DNA of 64,000 nucleotides from Squalus acanthias (Eukaryota), in the NCBI GenBank assembly GCA_030390025.1, contig CM059433.1:31126001-31190000 (forward strand), read 5' to 3'. Position 1 is the first letter of the stretch. Each line of letters opens with the position of its first letter. Of the stretch, positions 61,830 through 64,000 are shown in pieces. The notes below the pieces were generated by a model, which saw nothing but the letters and a program-made list of their open reading frames with translations, had not been told where the DNA came from and searched no databases. The translations under genes were made by a program, and so were the position numbers.

Positions 61830-62342
61830 AAGCATTGAGCAAGAAAAGGAAATTACTTATGTTAAACTTTTATAGCACTTATATAGAACCTTGGTTAAAG
61901 CACACATGGCATACTGTGCACAGTTCTGGTCTCCATATTACAAACAGAATATAGAAGCACAGGAGAAGGTGCAAAAAAGATTTACAAGGATGACGCTCAG
62001 AGGTTATATGTGTCAGGAAAGATTGAACAGGCTGGGGATCTTTTCGCTAGAAAAGAGAAGACTGAGGGGTGACCTGATAGAGGTCTTTAAGATTATGAAA
62101 GGGTTTGATTGGGTAGACGTAGAGAAAATGTTTCCACTTGTGGGGGGAGTCCAAAACAAGGGATCATCAATATAAGATAGTCACTAATAAATCTAATGAG
62201 TAATTCAGGAGAAACTTGCTTACCCAGAGAGTGGTGAGAATGTGGTATTCGCTACCACAAGGAGTGGTTGAGGCGAATAGCTTGGATGTACTTAAGGGGA
62301 AGCTGGATAAGTTCGTGAGGGAGAAAGGAATAGAAGGATATT
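61830..62342 (+). mobile_element. CR1 RT C-terminal fragment
   Basis: YCAQFWSPYY...RRLRGDLIEVFKIMKG; QRVVRMWYSLPQ. Confidence 0.88.
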
Positions 62343-62899
62343 TTCCTGTCAACACTGAATGCAAAGTGTCAAGCTTAGAACTCCTATACTCTAATATACT
62401 CAAATAACAGGCCCCCCCCCACCCCCATCAAAAGCAAATACTGTAGACCATGAAAGATTAAAGCAATCGCAATTCTTTAATTATATTTAAGATTTTCAAG
62501 AAAATTAAGTTTTCAGGATGCTAAAAGGAAGAGAAGCCAGAAACATGGGGCGCGAAAGTGGAAGAAACACAAGGGAGGATTTTCCGGACGATGCCATGGA
62601 TAAAGTTACATTGTGCATCTGTTTCATTATTAGGTTCAGGTGCCAAGTTGTATGGAGATGGTAGCTGGGAGTTCTCACCTTGCGCCCACTAACTGAGCAA
62701 CTGAATAAAAATATCATAATGAATCTAGACTTATTCACACTCCTGTTTCACACGATTACAAGATGTGTGTTTTACTGAATATCTGGGAAACTTGTAGAGC
62801 AGCTTACTCCCACATTTATTTTTTATTTCTTGTTGACTTGCTGAATATGGTAGCGATTTATTTCAGCCAATTCGAATTCGAATTTGTTTCTTATCTCCA

Positions 62900-63620
62900 G
62901 TTGAAATGTCAATGGGCCGGCTCTTGTTGAAGTGGGCCATCTCGCGGCGTGCTCCATTAGTTAGACTTTTCCCCTCACCCTTTAGCTCAAAAAATGATTG
63001 CACCGAGCTGACAACAGCGCGGTGAAGGCAACGAGGCATCTGGGACTTGGTGAACGATGGGACCAACAGTCTATTTCCTCAACCAATGAGATTTAAGGAT
63101 TGAGAATGATACAGAGGAACGACTGAGAAGGAAATATGGTGAATTAGAGCCAAATCAGGTATAGAAAGAGAAATAGAGAGTGAAAGAAAGATTGGATTAA
63201 GTGAGAGGAAAAAAAGATCAAAGGAAAGTAAGAAAAAAAAATTTAATTAAAAAATTTTAATTGTTAAAATTTCAATCAATTTACTACCTGCAGGAATGAG
63301 ATTGAACATTTAAATTGTTCCCTTTCTGGGCCAGAGAGGGCTGCTCAGCATTGCATTAACAATTATCACATTGTTAAAAAGGTTCTTATGCTCTTTATTA
63401 CCAGAATTGACTTTCTGCGGGAGTTTAATGGGCAATTAATGTGCAAATCCAGCAAGTTCTTATAAATAACGGGGAGGTTGAGGGGGAGATGCCGTCTGTG
63501 CGAAGCAAACGGTGGAGCGGTGTAAATTAACCAGCAGGTTCTGGAGATTCACATCTCACGGCGTATGTCTTCATCCCCTGAACTTGCTGGCTGATTCACA
63601 CATTAATAATGTGCTTACTC
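62900..63620. mobile_element. Diverged inverted relative of 38800-39520
   Basis: GGCATCTGGGAC, CCAATGAGATTTAAGGATTGAGA and TTTACTACCTGCAGGAATGAG are reverse complements of segments in 39150-39385. Confidence 0.7.
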
Positions 63621-64000
63621 GAAACGTGTCATTGTGAACCATAGAAGGAAGGAGCTTGACTAACAATTGATCCAACACTAGTGTCGCAACGACCCTCAGG
63701 TCAAGTAGGGCTGGGGCTTGGGGCTGGTGGTCGGGAGAACAGGCCAGGGGGTCCGGAGTGGCAGCGAGCTTTCATTAAATGTTGCGGCGGGGGACCACTC
63801 CTGATCCCCCAGGCTCCACATTGAAGGAAGTAAATGTAAAAGAACCTACTTGTAGGTCACAGGTGATACCAAGGTCTAGTCTCCCTCAGTGCAGCCCACG
63901 ATGGCGCTGGTTAACTCAGGGCAAACCAATCTTGAATTGGGGGCCTCAAACAGGCATTGGGCCCCTTATTTGCATATGTAGAGGGTCTAACACCTGCTTC

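Overview
Repeat-dominated vertebrate genomic DNA. The repeat content (Deu-domain tRNA SINEs, CR1 LINEs with octamer tails, Penelope-like elements, many Harbinger-type elements) points to a cartilaginous fish; that assignment is inference. The only host coding sequence I can support is three phase-1 exons on the minus strand (33392-33625, 31670-31792, 31208-31321). They splice in frame into four EGF-like repeats, most likely of a very large EYS-like gene, and the rest of the window appears intronic. The introns hold two decayed full-length Harbinger/PIF transposons with convergent Myb/SANT and DDE-transposase genes, an internal-deletion derivative, and at least six families of non-autonomous TIR elements with 3-bp TSDs. 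They also hold many CR1/L2 fragments, Penelope-like elements with minimal hammerhead ribozyme motifs, DeuSINEs and Gypsy remnants. The most unusual signals are: (1) non-autonomous Harbinger-type elements that conserve clustered splice donors and acceptors on both strands, promoter-like motifs and TGACAG/CTGTCA palindromes; (2) ~200-bp hairpin insertions made only of a Penelope hammerhead terminus; (3) a probable transposon excision scar next to its un-excised duplicate; (4) a four-level nested insertion. All calls come from reading the sequence by eye with no database search. Boundaries of decayed repeats are approximate.
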